Notes under the pieces: model-generated
Told to the model about the DNA's origin: nothing
What the model saw: the letters and a program-made list of their open reading frames with translations, nothing else
The model's database searches: none
Assembly: GCA_002369525.1 (NCBI GenBank)
Contig: DFFN01000042.1
Location: 1 to 45,815 of the forward strand
Reading direction: 5' to 3'
Length of the DNA: 45,815 bases
From: Lachnoclostridium sp. UBA3775
Lineage (GTDB): Bacteria; Bacillota; Clostridia; Lachnospirales; Lachnospiraceae
Made by a program: the position numbers and the translations under genes
Shown: positions 26,901 through 33,841 of the stretch, piece after piece
How the letters are laid out: the number at the start of each line of letters is the position of its first letter
Numbering within the stretch: position 1 is the stretch's first letter

Positions 26901-28672
26901 CAGATTATCCCGAGGGGGCAGAGCTTTTGATGACAAATGAGGCTGTCAGAGGCGACATAAGCCTTCGAAAAAAGAACCTGAATAATGACGAGGGCATGAA
27001 AAATATAAGCTTCAGGCTTTCGCTTCTTGACGCCGAAGGGAAAATTACCGAATCAAATATCATCACCACAGGAACGGAAGGCGAATATGATTCGATAAAT
27101 GATGACAAGCTTAAATTTGCAGGCAAAAAAGGTCTGGTATACGGAAAATACATGCTCGAAGAGATTAGAAACGATGCAAATAAGGGCTATATACTTGCCG
27201 ATCCCATAATCTTTGAAATAAGCGAGGACAAGCAAAAGCTTGAATTCATAATATGTAATGCACCCGAACCTGAGCTTTCAACTTTTGAAGCGGATGTTAA
27301 CATGGGAAAACACTTCAGCTTTTCAGGAAAGATCAAGGTAAAGGATACGGTGAAATACAATAATCTTGAAGCAGGTAAGGAATATACTGTCAAAGGAATC
27401 CTTATGAAAAAGTCGGAGGATGAAATAAAGCCTCTTAAAGATAAGAACGGTAATTTAATCTGCGCCAACAGTTACATAGTAACGCCCGGTGAATTTTCCA
27501 AAAACCGTTATGAATTCTGCGGAGAAACCGAGCTGCTGTTTGAGTTTGAAGACGAAAAAGAAAACGGTACCTGCTTTGTGATATTTGAATACCTGTTTGA
27601 AGGAAAAGATGAGGAAAAACTTAAAACAGACGAAAATGACCGTGTGATAACAGGTGATGTATACAAAGACAAAGAAGGAAATGAGGTAAAGCATACCGAT
27701 GCAAATGATGTAAATCAGACCGGATATATACCGGTCATACATACCAAAGCAAGAGATTCAAAAACAGGAGAAAATATTGCGCTTGCAGCTAAGGATACGG
27801 TTCTGATCGATAAGGTAAGCATATCCGGAATAATACCGGATGAGGATTATGTGATAAAGGGCCGGCTTTATATCAAGAATGATAAGGACTTTTATAAGAA
27901 TGAAAACGGCGAAATACTGGTTGTTGAAAAAGAGCTTAAGGCTTCGGCTGCAGAGCCCCGGCTTGAACTGGTTTTTGAGATTGATGCATCTGAGCTTAAA
28001 GGAAAAGATATAGTGGTTTTTGAAGAGCTGTATTATGGCGATGATCTGATTGCAAAGCATGAAGATGCAGATGACGTGGATCAGACTATAAGCTTTCCGG
28101 AGGGAAAAACAAAGGCTTCAAACAAGGAAGGAAACGGAAATGTAATTAATAACGATGGTCTTTCTACAATTGTAGACAAAGTCATGTATAATAATCTGAT
28201 TCCGGGAAAAAACTATGTTCTTAAGGCCGTTCTAATGGATAAGGCTGACAACAGTGTGATCAAAAGAGAAAACGGAGAAGAATTCTATGTCCTGAGGGAT
28301 TTTATACCAAAGGAAAAGAGCGGGGAAGAAGAGCTTACGATCGTAATTGACAGTAAGCTTGTCGCCGGAAAGACTCTGGTTGTTTTTGAAGAATGTACGC
28401 GTGACGGGAAAAAAGTTTTTATCCATGCTGACATAAATGACGGTGAACAGACCGTTTTTGTACCCGAAATTCCCGAAGAACCGGAAAAGCCGGAAACACC
28501 GGATGTTCCTGAAACACCGGACACTCCAAAAACTCCTGAAACACCAAATAAGCCTTCCGAGCCTTCTTCGCCAAAAACGGCCGATGATTTTGACAGCAGA
28601 TACTTTTTGTTTGCGCTTATCTCGGTAATAACTCTGGGATTTTCCGAAAGAATGAAAAAGAAACACAGATAA
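23981..28672 (+). CDS. Cell-wall-anchored surface adhesin, 1563 aa (SpaA/CnaB-like domains + 3 VaFE/Thr-Gln ester repeats + SPKTA sorting signal)
   Basis: Signal peptide (..NLAAFA|ME). SpaA-like blocks (GAVYSLFY, GLPAGFYALAETKRP, GTVFRLDYY, ISFRLSLLDAEG..GKYMLEEI). Three repeats ending HxDxxDxxQT. Pro-rich stalk, SPKTAD, a hydrophobic helix and an RMKKKHR tail. Confidence 0.85.
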   Translation: MKNINKKMIAGLLMLVLLAGIILGESNLAAFAMESKEKEKVSLSFNDKGKLFFEKERGNQACFKSGETVKVYFDAIEDYALTELNVYSASGNIEYEMDMQQNCFTFVKPDESVMVSAVFSWMRTTGLNKVGKAEVVGGIEYIINNIDEKYIALKNIKEIVPADGIWVKDTLADGSKLKEKTIDAMTSVVECDDPDFDAYALISQTDSVSILYDADPTSDYYVSYVDKMTNDNESYISDFCFAYTNMNGEVIKDCIFDRKTGLAYVPKKYTVENKNGLGVLNVQVQLLHIFRNNEAKAGVNVIIEKDGIKGKTAESGKIKTDAVYEEIYIQLAEDKKALSEIKEENLRVYVDGISNSDFSYSEESGVLAINAGAAGIDTVEISINKEKENNAVTDLLLRASGIMGLKANAADATTMRSIPVSGQVIKVSDVPVVGDSWEMNWWYNYIGRSIGDYNLKANSGTATFYDEECKAAANSLYNGVNTSSVNAGINVDGAYAYTLDINGNVLDGLSAVQDYVINNNGKYSLDKAVSMISGNMNGELITVGGPRTDAVSASKGWYTKSSNGRTYVYDGWYNNSGQTYIENYYRSINTDIKEAYISTGSQNLKKMVDNNIDPLACSYVIYMKCNHSGASFGENNSRRVMARVIAVNENEGTMYIAYTSSKDNTQTTSAIYKYRYVLPEEPLGSVRFKKGSSMKSITDNNKCYSFEGAVYSLFYKKESNPVAVYNNDGYVFNQGIKVAEFVVGADGNGRADKLNLAEFKNLEISTDKLILGGLPAGFYALAETKRPDNNSYAIEREIHRFEINRENAENTVMISGSDIPYNDPMLITIKKEGLNSASFDMSGTVFRLDYYDDFYEKAEELPEECTKTWYLSPKKAKDTYICAYDEAYITKQAGYISDSLYTSLENKPVLPLGTIVLREVKAAQGFVKNSGELKDSKGNVFPNNVFIGRVSYSEELGRACLKGIYGKQSALYFADYPEGAELLMTNEAVRGDISLRKKNLNNDEGMKNISFRLSLLDAEGKITESNIITTGTEGEYDSINDDKLKFAGKKGLVYGKYMLEEIRNDANKGYILADPIIFEISEDKQKLEFIICNAPEPELSTFEADVNMGKHFSFSGKIKVKDTVKYNNLEAGKEYTVKGILMKKSEDEIKPLKDKNGNLICANSYIVTPGEFSKNRYEFCGETELLFEFEDEKENGTCFVIFEYLFEGKDEEKLKTDENDRVITGDVYKDKEGNEVKHTDANDVNQTGYIPVIHTKARDSKTGENIALAAKDTVLIDKVSISGIIPDEDYVIKGRLYIKNDKDFYKNENGEILVVEKELKASAAEPRLELVFEIDASELKGKDIVVFEELYYGDDLIAKHEDADDVDQTISFPEGKTKASNKEGNGNVINNDGLSTIVDKVMYNNLIPGKNYVLKAVLMDKADNSVIKRENGEEFYVLRDFIPKEKSGEEELTIVIDSKLVAGKTLVVFEECTRDGKKVFIHADINDGEQTVFVPEIPEEPEKPETPDVPETPDTPKTPETPNKPSEPSSPKTADDFDSRYFLFALISVITLGFSERMKKKHR
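27269..28465 (+). repeat. Three tandem ~120-155-aa VaFE-type (Cpe0147-like Thr-Gln ester bond) domain repeats within the adhesin
   Basis: Each unit has an N-terminal Thr (LSTFEA / IHTKAR / GKTKAS), a V(V/I)FEE(L/C/Y) strand and a C-terminal HxDxxDxxQ motif (KHTDANDVNQT, KHEDADDVDQT, IHADINDGEQT). Confidence 0.6.
28466..28576 (+). repeat. Pro-rich P-E-x-P tandem repeat stalk (PEIPEEPEKPETPDVPETPDTPKTPETPNKPSEPSSP)
   Basis: Repeated CCNGAAACACC(G/A)-type units at DNA level; the wall-spanning linker before the sorting motif. Confidence 0.6.
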
Positions 28673-28716
28673 AAAAAGTGTCAGAGCAGTAACTAAACCG
28701 CTCTGACACTTTTTTT
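28671..28716. terminator. Bidirectional rho-independent terminator
   Basis: Perfect 11-bp stem AGTGTCAGAGC / GCTCTGACACT (28677-28710) flanked by A7 and T6. Shared by the convergent adhesin and 314-aa genes, and overlaps both stop codons. Confidence 0.85.
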
Positions 28717-29659
28717 AGTCGTCAAATAAACCGTTATAATATTCTTCGACCAAAGAATCAAGATAAACTTCATCAAGCGAAACAAGCTCGGGTATTTCCA
28801 GGGTCATACGCTTTTTTATGTAATCTATGCGAAGAAGGAAGTTTTCTTCGGGGCTGTTTTCAGAAGAGTCGGCACTTTTAATATCGTCTGCGCTGATATT
28901 CTGTGAAAGCCAGGTTTTAATGTGGTTTGTCAGCTGTTCTTCCTGAACCGAGTCGGCCTGATATTCCTTGGATTTTTTGAGAGAATGAAAACCCCAGTAT
29001 GTCATGGCAACGAACATGAACAGCATCATTATGTATGAGAAAAGCTGCGTATTTACAATTGAAAGCAGTCCGAGCATATGAAGCAGGACAAAAACAATTC
29101 CGCCGATTCCTATAAATATCAGCATATAGCCGCTTCCTGACATTTCCTCGGCTTTGGCTTTTTTGGATTCGTAGACCGTTGATCCGCCGGCATATACGAA
29201 ATCCCTCAGTGTATCTATTTCCTCTTCAGAGGATTCTCTATTATCATTTTCAGATGCTTCCGGGCTGTCTGGATGCTTATCCTCAGCTTCGTGCAGTTTC
29301 TTAAGATTGGAAGCGACCTCCTGCATATTGACTGTGTCGACAATATACGACCCGTCGATCTGCCTTACACAGGCAAGATTTCCTTCAACCTTTACAAAGG
29401 CAGCCAAAGCCTTTTTGGCCTGATCGTAATCATCTTCGGAAAAAGAAAGATAATCAATATCATCAACATAAACAGGCTTTGCCTGAATCCTGCTGTATTC
29501 CAGATATTTTATAAATTTGGAATAGGCTTCATCATCGTTAAAATGGCAGAGCGGTCTGTCGGAAGAAATGTCCAACGAAGCAACCAAGGGGGTATTGCAA
29601 TCGCTGCAAAAGGTGAAACCGTCTCTGTATTCATTCTTGCATTTGGGACACCAGGGCAT
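28715..29659 (-). CDS. Zinc-ribbon membrane protein (314 aa), short paralog of 20438..22858
   Basis: CPKCKNEYRDGFTFCSDCNTPL plus the same alpha/beta domain. Two TM helices (GYMLIFIGIGGIVFVLLHMLGLL, LFSYIMMLFMFVAMTYWGF). The C-terminal QL..WL..N...EEN..L.I..IK...LDE..LD..V..YYN pattern is shared with the 806-aa protein. Confidence 0.6.
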   Translation of the reverse strand: MPWCPKCKNEYRDGFTFCSDCNTPLVASLDISSDRPLCHFNDDEAYSKFIKYLEYSRIQAKPVYVDDIDYLSFSEDDYDQAKKALAAFVKVEGNLACVRQIDGSYIVDTVNMQEVASNLKKLHEAEDKHPDSPEASENDNRESSEEEIDTLRDFVYAGGSTVYESKKAKAEEMSGSGYMLIFIGIGGIVFVLLHMLGLLSIVNTQLFSYIMMLFMFVAMTYWGFHSLKKSKEYQADSVQEEQLTNHIKTWLSQNISADDIKSADSSENSPEENFLLRIDYIKKRMTLEIPELVSLDEVYLDSLVEEYYNGLFDD

Positions 29660-29751
29660 GTTAAATACCTCTTTTCTAATATTCTACAGTTAGTTATAAT
29701 AACTTTTTTTGATTGATTTGTAAAGTATAAGTTAAAAAATCAAGGCTTATA

Positions 29752-29780
29752 TTGAAGAATTCCGAAAGCTATGATAAAAT
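29752..29780 (+). promoter_or_regulatory. Sigma-A promoter: TTGAAG - 17 nt spacer (ending in TGA) - TAAAAT, i.e. extended -10 TGATAAAAT
   Basis: -35 at 29752-29757; TGn plus -10 at 29772-29780. Predicted TSS ~29787 gives a ~72-nt leader containing the conserved element. Confidence 0.6.
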
Positions 29781-29808
29781 AACAACATAAATAAGAAGCT
29801 GAGGAATA

Positions 29809-29859
29809 GCTGCAGGCGTGTCACCGGATTGGCACCACGCCTGTGGTATGGTACGATAA
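29809..29859 (+). promoter_or_regulatory. Conserved leader element, copy B
   Basis: GCTGCAGGCGTG / CACGCCTGTGGT 12-bp stem (3 G-U), loop beginning TCACC, then ATGGTACGATAA|ATG. No Shine-Dalgarno for the radical-SAM ORF. Confidence 0.5.
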
Positions 29860-31731
29860 ATGAAAGAAACAAAGCTTGCTCTTTCCGAAGAAATATTAAT
29901 GAACATCGAAAAACCGGCGAGATATATCGGTGGTGAAGTTAATATGTCGGAAAAATACAAAGAGAATGTCGACATCAGGTTTTGCATGTGCTTTCCCGAT
30001 GTATATGAGATCGGAATGAGTCATCTGGGCATTCAGATTTTATATGATATGTTTAATAAAACAGATGGTGTAAGCTGTGAAAGAGTATATTCTCCATGGC
30101 CCGATCTTGACAGGATCATGAGAGAGAAAAATATACTCTTGTTTTCTCTTGAATCCCAGAGACCCATAAAGGAATTTGACTTTCTCGGTATCACGCTTCA
30201 GTATGAAATGTGTTACACGAATATACTGCAGATACTTGATCTGTCCGGCATTCCCCTGTTTTCGAAGGACAGAACAGAAGAGGATCCAATTGTCATAGGC
30301 GGCGGTCCCTGTTCATATAATCCGGAGCCCATTGCAGATTTTTTCGATATTTTTTATCTTGGCGAGGGAGAGACAAGATATGCCGAGCTTTTAATGCTCT
30401 ACAGACAATGTCGTAGGGAAAAGCTTGGCAGAGAGGAATTTCTAAAAAGAGCATGCCGTATACCGGGCATTTATGTTCCTTCTCTTTACAGTGTTGACTA
30501 TAATGATGACGGAACAATAAAAAGCTTTGAGCCGCTTTACGATTTTGTGCCGTCAAAAGTTAAAAAAGAAGTTGAAATGAATATGTCTGACACATATTAT
30601 CCCGAAAAACCCCTGATTCCCAATATTCAGGCGGTTCAGGACCGTGCAACTCTTGAAATCCAGCGCGGCTGCATAAGAGGATGCAGATTTTGTCAGGCAG
30701 GTATGATATACCGTCCGATAAGAGAAAGAAGCCTTGAATTTTTAAAGGATAAGGCAAAGAAAATGCTTGATTCCACAGGTTATGAAGAAATTACGTTAAG
30801 CTCCTTAAGCTCAAGCGATTATTCGAAGTTAAAAGAACTTGTTTATTTTCTTATTGACGAATACAGCAGCAAAAATATAAATATAGCCCTGCCTTCTCTG
30901 AGAATAGATGCTTTTGCCCTCGATGTTATGAGCAAGGTTCAGGACATAAACAAAAGCTCTGTTACTTTTGCCCCCGAAGCAGGCTCGCAAAGGATGAGAG
31001 ACACCATAAACAAAGGTCTTACCAAAGAGGATATTTTAAAGGGCTCAAGGCTTGCTTTCGAAGGTGGCTGGAACAAGGTAAAGCTTTATTTCATGCTCGG
31101 TCTTCCGACGGAAACCGAAGAGGATGCGAGAGATATCGCCAGACTGGCAAATGATATTGCGGTGGAATACTATGAAATTCCCAAGGATCAAAGGAACGGC
31201 AAGGTTTCGATAACGATAAGCACTTCTTTCTTTGTGCCGAAACCTTTTACTCCTTTCCAGTGGACTGCAATGGCTTCCAAGGAAGAATATCTTAGCCATA
31301 AATCTGCCCTGAGGGATGAGCTCGGAAAAATGCTTAATGCTAAGAGCATAAAATATAACTGGCATGACTCTGACACATCCGAGCTTGAGGGGGTATTCGC
31401 AAGAGGCGACAGAAGACTGGCTGCCGTAATATATGATGTGTATTCAAAGGGGTGTATTTTTGATGCCTGGGTTGAATATTTCAAATACGATGTATGGGAA
31501 GAATCCATAAGGTCACACGGTCTGTCCTTTGAATTTTACAACAGGCGTGAAAGAAGCTATGATGAAATACTTCCGTGGGATTTTATTGATGCTGGTGTAA
31601 GCAGGAATTTCCTGAAAAGAGAATACGAAAATGCAAAAAAGGCTGTTGTGACACCGAACTGCAGGGAAAAATGCTCCGGCTGCGGTGCTGCAGGCTATGG
31701 CGGAGGTGTATGCTTTGAGAGTAAGAATTAA
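29860..31731 (+). CDS. Radical SAM protein, TIGR03960-like (B12-binding-like N-domain), function unknown
   Basis: N-terminal KPARYIGGE signature and a CIRGCRFC (CxxxCxxC) cluster; 623 aa. Followed by its usual DUF2344 partner. Confidence 0.85.
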   Translation: MKETKLALSEEILMNIEKPARYIGGEVNMSEKYKENVDIRFCMCFPDVYEIGMSHLGIQILYDMFNKTDGVSCERVYSPWPDLDRIMREKNILLFSLESQRPIKEFDFLGITLQYEMCYTNILQILDLSGIPLFSKDRTEEDPIVIGGGPCSYNPEPIADFFDIFYLGEGETRYAELLMLYRQCRREKLGREEFLKRACRIPGIYVPSLYSVDYNDDGTIKSFEPLYDFVPSKVKKEVEMNMSDTYYPEKPLIPNIQAVQDRATLEIQRGCIRGCRFCQAGMIYRPIRERSLEFLKDKAKKMLDSTGYEEITLSSLSSSDYSKLKELVYFLIDEYSSKNINIALPSLRIDAFALDVMSKVQDINKSSVTFAPEAGSQRMRDTINKGLTKEDILKGSRLAFEGGWNKVKLYFMLGLPTETEEDARDIARLANDIAVEYYEIPKDQRNGKVSITISTSFFVPKPFTPFQWTAMASKEEYLSHKSALRDELGKMLNAKSIKYNWHDSDTSELEGVFARGDRRLAAVIYDVYSKGCIFDAWVEYFKYDVWEESIRSHGLSFEFYNRRERSYDEILPWDFIDAGVSRNFLKREYENAKKAVVTPNCREKCSGCGAAGYGGGVCFESKN

Positions 31732-32530
31732 ATTTTCCAAATTTGATACTATGCGTTTCATAGGTCACCTCGATGTCGTGAGATATTTTCAAAGGTTACT
31801 AAGACGCTCCGGTCTTCCCGTAAAATATACCGAAGGCTACCACCCTCACCAGATCATGAGCTTTGCTCAGCCTTTGGGACTCGGACTTACAAGTGACGGC
31901 GAATATCTTGACACTGAGTTTGATAAGGAAATACCGCCAGATCTTATTGCCGAAAAAATGAGATCGGTGCTTTCCCACGGTTTTGATATCAGATCTGCCT
32001 TCAGGCTGGCGGACAGGGAAGTTAACAAAAAGATAGTCACGTCAATGTCACTTATCAGCAGGGCGGTATATCTGCTGATTTTAAAGGACGGTGACGGAGA
32101 AGGCGCAAAAAAGCATATTCCCGTTGAAAAACTGAAGGAAATACTCGGAAAAGAAAAGCTTAATATTGTAAAGAAGACTAAAAAAGGCGAAAAGGAAATA
32201 GATCTGAAAGAATATATTTATGAAACCTACTACAGCGGTGACGGCCTTGAAACTCTGGAGGAAATATATGTTTCAAATCATTCTACGCCTGTAGTAAACA
32301 AAAAAATGCTTCTTGACGGTTCCATTCATGCGCCTGAATTTTGTGCCGGTGAATATCTGATAGTAAGCCTGAGCGCCGGAAGCGAGACCAACATTTCTCC
32401 GGACCTTTTTATGGAGTCGGCATTTGCTGACGCCGGGATAAGATTAAGTAAAAATGATTTCAGGATACATCGTGTCGAACTCTACGGCAGTACTCCTGAG
32501 GAAAGTGTGCCATTATGCCTGATACCCTGA
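31715..32530 (+). CDS. DUF2344 (TIGR03936-like) protein, partner of the radical SAM enzyme
   Basis: RVRIKFSKFDTMRFIGHLDVVRYFQRLLRRSGLPVKYTEGYHPH signature. I prefer the TTG at 31715 (GGAGG at 31702-31706, 8-nt spacer). The ORF-track GTG at 31685 and the ATG at 31697 are alternatives. Confidence 0.75.
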   Translation: MRVRIKFSKFDTMRFIGHLDVVRYFQRLLRRSGLPVKYTEGYHPHQIMSFAQPLGLGLTSDGEYLDTEFDKEIPPDLIAEKMRSVLSHGFDIRSAFRLADREVNKKIVTSMSLISRAVYLLILKDGDGEGAKKHIPVEKLKEILGKEKLNIVKKTKKGEKEIDLKEYIYETYYSGDGLETLEEIYVSNHSTPVVNKKMLLDGSIHAPEFCAGEYLIVSLSAGSETNISPDLFMESAFADAGIRLSKNDFRIHRVELYGSTPEESVPLCLIP

Positions 32531-33726
32531 TAATTTATGAAAAAAACAATGCGATAGTATGTGCGGGTTTTGAAAACAGAAAGCCGGTTAGCCTCGACAT
32601 TGAAGAAAAAAAGGATGTTTTCAGAAACGGAAATGTTTATGTCGGACATATCAACAAGATTTTATGGCATCTTCGGGCTGCTTATGTGGATATCGGAATG
32701 CCTGACGATTGCTATATGGAGCTGAAGGAGGGTTTTGATTATCTTACCGATAAGGATCATCCTGACGGTGAGCTTCACGTCGGAGATGATATTATTGTGC
32801 AGCTGATAAAACAGCCTCTCAAAAAAAAGCCGGCAACCGTATGCCCTGCAATCGAGATTGACGGAAGACTTGCCGTAATCAAATACATGGGACAGAAACA
32901 GAACACAGAGGTTTGTTTTTCCTCAAAAATCAGCGATAAGAAATTCAAGAATGAAATGTCCTCCATTTTAAGCCCGGCAGTTCCCACGAAAATGATAGCG
33001 CTGCTGCGTACAAATGCGACAGAAGCAAGTCATGAAGAAATTGTTGCCGATTATGAAAGAGGGCACAGAATACTTGAAAACATAATAGAGCTTAACGGAA
33101 AAAGAACCAAGGGAAGCCTTCTTTATTCTGCTTCGCCAAAGTATATCACGACAATAAGGGACTCTGCTGAAATTGAAGTCAAAAAAATGATAACGGATTC
33201 TCCCGACGTTTATGTGACGCTTAAGGATTATCTCAGCGAATACAGACCGGAGATGTTGTCTGCTCTTGAGTTTTACAGTGATGAACATCAGGCTCTCGAA
33301 AATGTTTTTGACATGCAGAAGAATCTGTCGGAAATATGTTCCGAAAAAGTATGGCTTAAATCCGGCGCTCAGCTTGTGATACAGCAGACGGAAGCTTTGA
33401 TTTCGATAGATATAAATTCCTCGAAGGCCTCGGCTGACCGCAAAAATTTTAAAAACGGTTTTCTTGAGCTTAATCTTGAAGCGGCGAGAGAGATTTCAAG
33501 GCAGCTTATATTAAGAAATTACTCCGGAGTGATAATTGTGGATTTTATTAACGACAAGAGTACACCCGGGCCGGCTTTTATCAGAGAACTCGAAAAAATA
33601 TTTGAAAAGGATAAGCGTACGCAGGTAGTTGACATTACTAAACTTGGGCTTGTAGAGCTTACAAGGAAGCGTGAAGAAGGTGATGTTTCTTCCTTAATAA
33701 AAAAATATAAACTAATTTCAAAATAG
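32515..33726 (+). CDS. rng: Rne/Rng-family ribonuclease (RNase G-like, short form)
   Basis: S1-like N-terminus (GNVYVGHINKILWHLRAAYVDIG), ISIDINSSKA and VIIVDFIN catalytic blocks. 16-nt overlap with the DUF2344 gene. Confidence 0.8.
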   Translation: MPDTLIIYEKNNAIVCAGFENRKPVSLDIEEKKDVFRNGNVYVGHINKILWHLRAAYVDIGMPDDCYMELKEGFDYLTDKDHPDGELHVGDDIIVQLIKQPLKKKPATVCPAIEIDGRLAVIKYMGQKQNTEVCFSSKISDKKFKNEMSSILSPAVPTKMIALLRTNATEASHEEIVADYERGHRILENIIELNGKRTKGSLLYSASPKYITTIRDSAEIEVKKMITDSPDVYVTLKDYLSEYRPEMLSALEFYSDEHQALENVFDMQKNLSEICSEKVWLKSGAQLVIQQTEALISIDINSSKASADRKNFKNGFLELNLEAAREISRQLILRNYSGVIIVDFINDKSTPGPAFIRELEKIFEKDKRTQVVDITKLGLVELTRKREEGDVSSLIKKYKLISK

Positions 33727-33729
33727 TTG

Positions 33730-33758
33730 TTGACTTTTTTTGGGAATTTTGTTATATT
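33730..33758 (+). promoter_or_regulatory. Sigma-A promoter: TTGACT - 17 nt - TATATT with TGn extension
   Basis: -35 at 33730-33735; TGT+TATATT at 33750-33758. Upstream of rplU. Confidence 0.6.
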
Positions 33759-33764
33759 ATTTGA

Positions 33765-33835
33765 GTATGCCGCTTGGCGAGGTTTACAAGTATCGATGAT
33801 CACCGAAGCCAGCGAGTAATGATAATAGGAGGTGC
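33765..33835 (+). ncRNA. Structured rplU 5' leader (L21-leader-like ribosomal protein autoregulatory element)
   Basis: CGCT(T)GGC (33771-33778) pairs with GCCAGCG (33808-33814), and an inner GGT pairs with ACC. Position upstream of rplU-prp-rpmA matches the Firmicute L21 leader; class not verified. Confidence 0.4.
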
Positions 33836-33841
33836 CTTAAT

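Noticed and set aside
28232-28666. ORFs antisense to or frame-shifted within the Pro-rich stalk (28232..28666, 28285..28524, 28437..28628).
   Set aside because: They are artefacts of the CCN/GAA repeat composition inside the adhesin gene.
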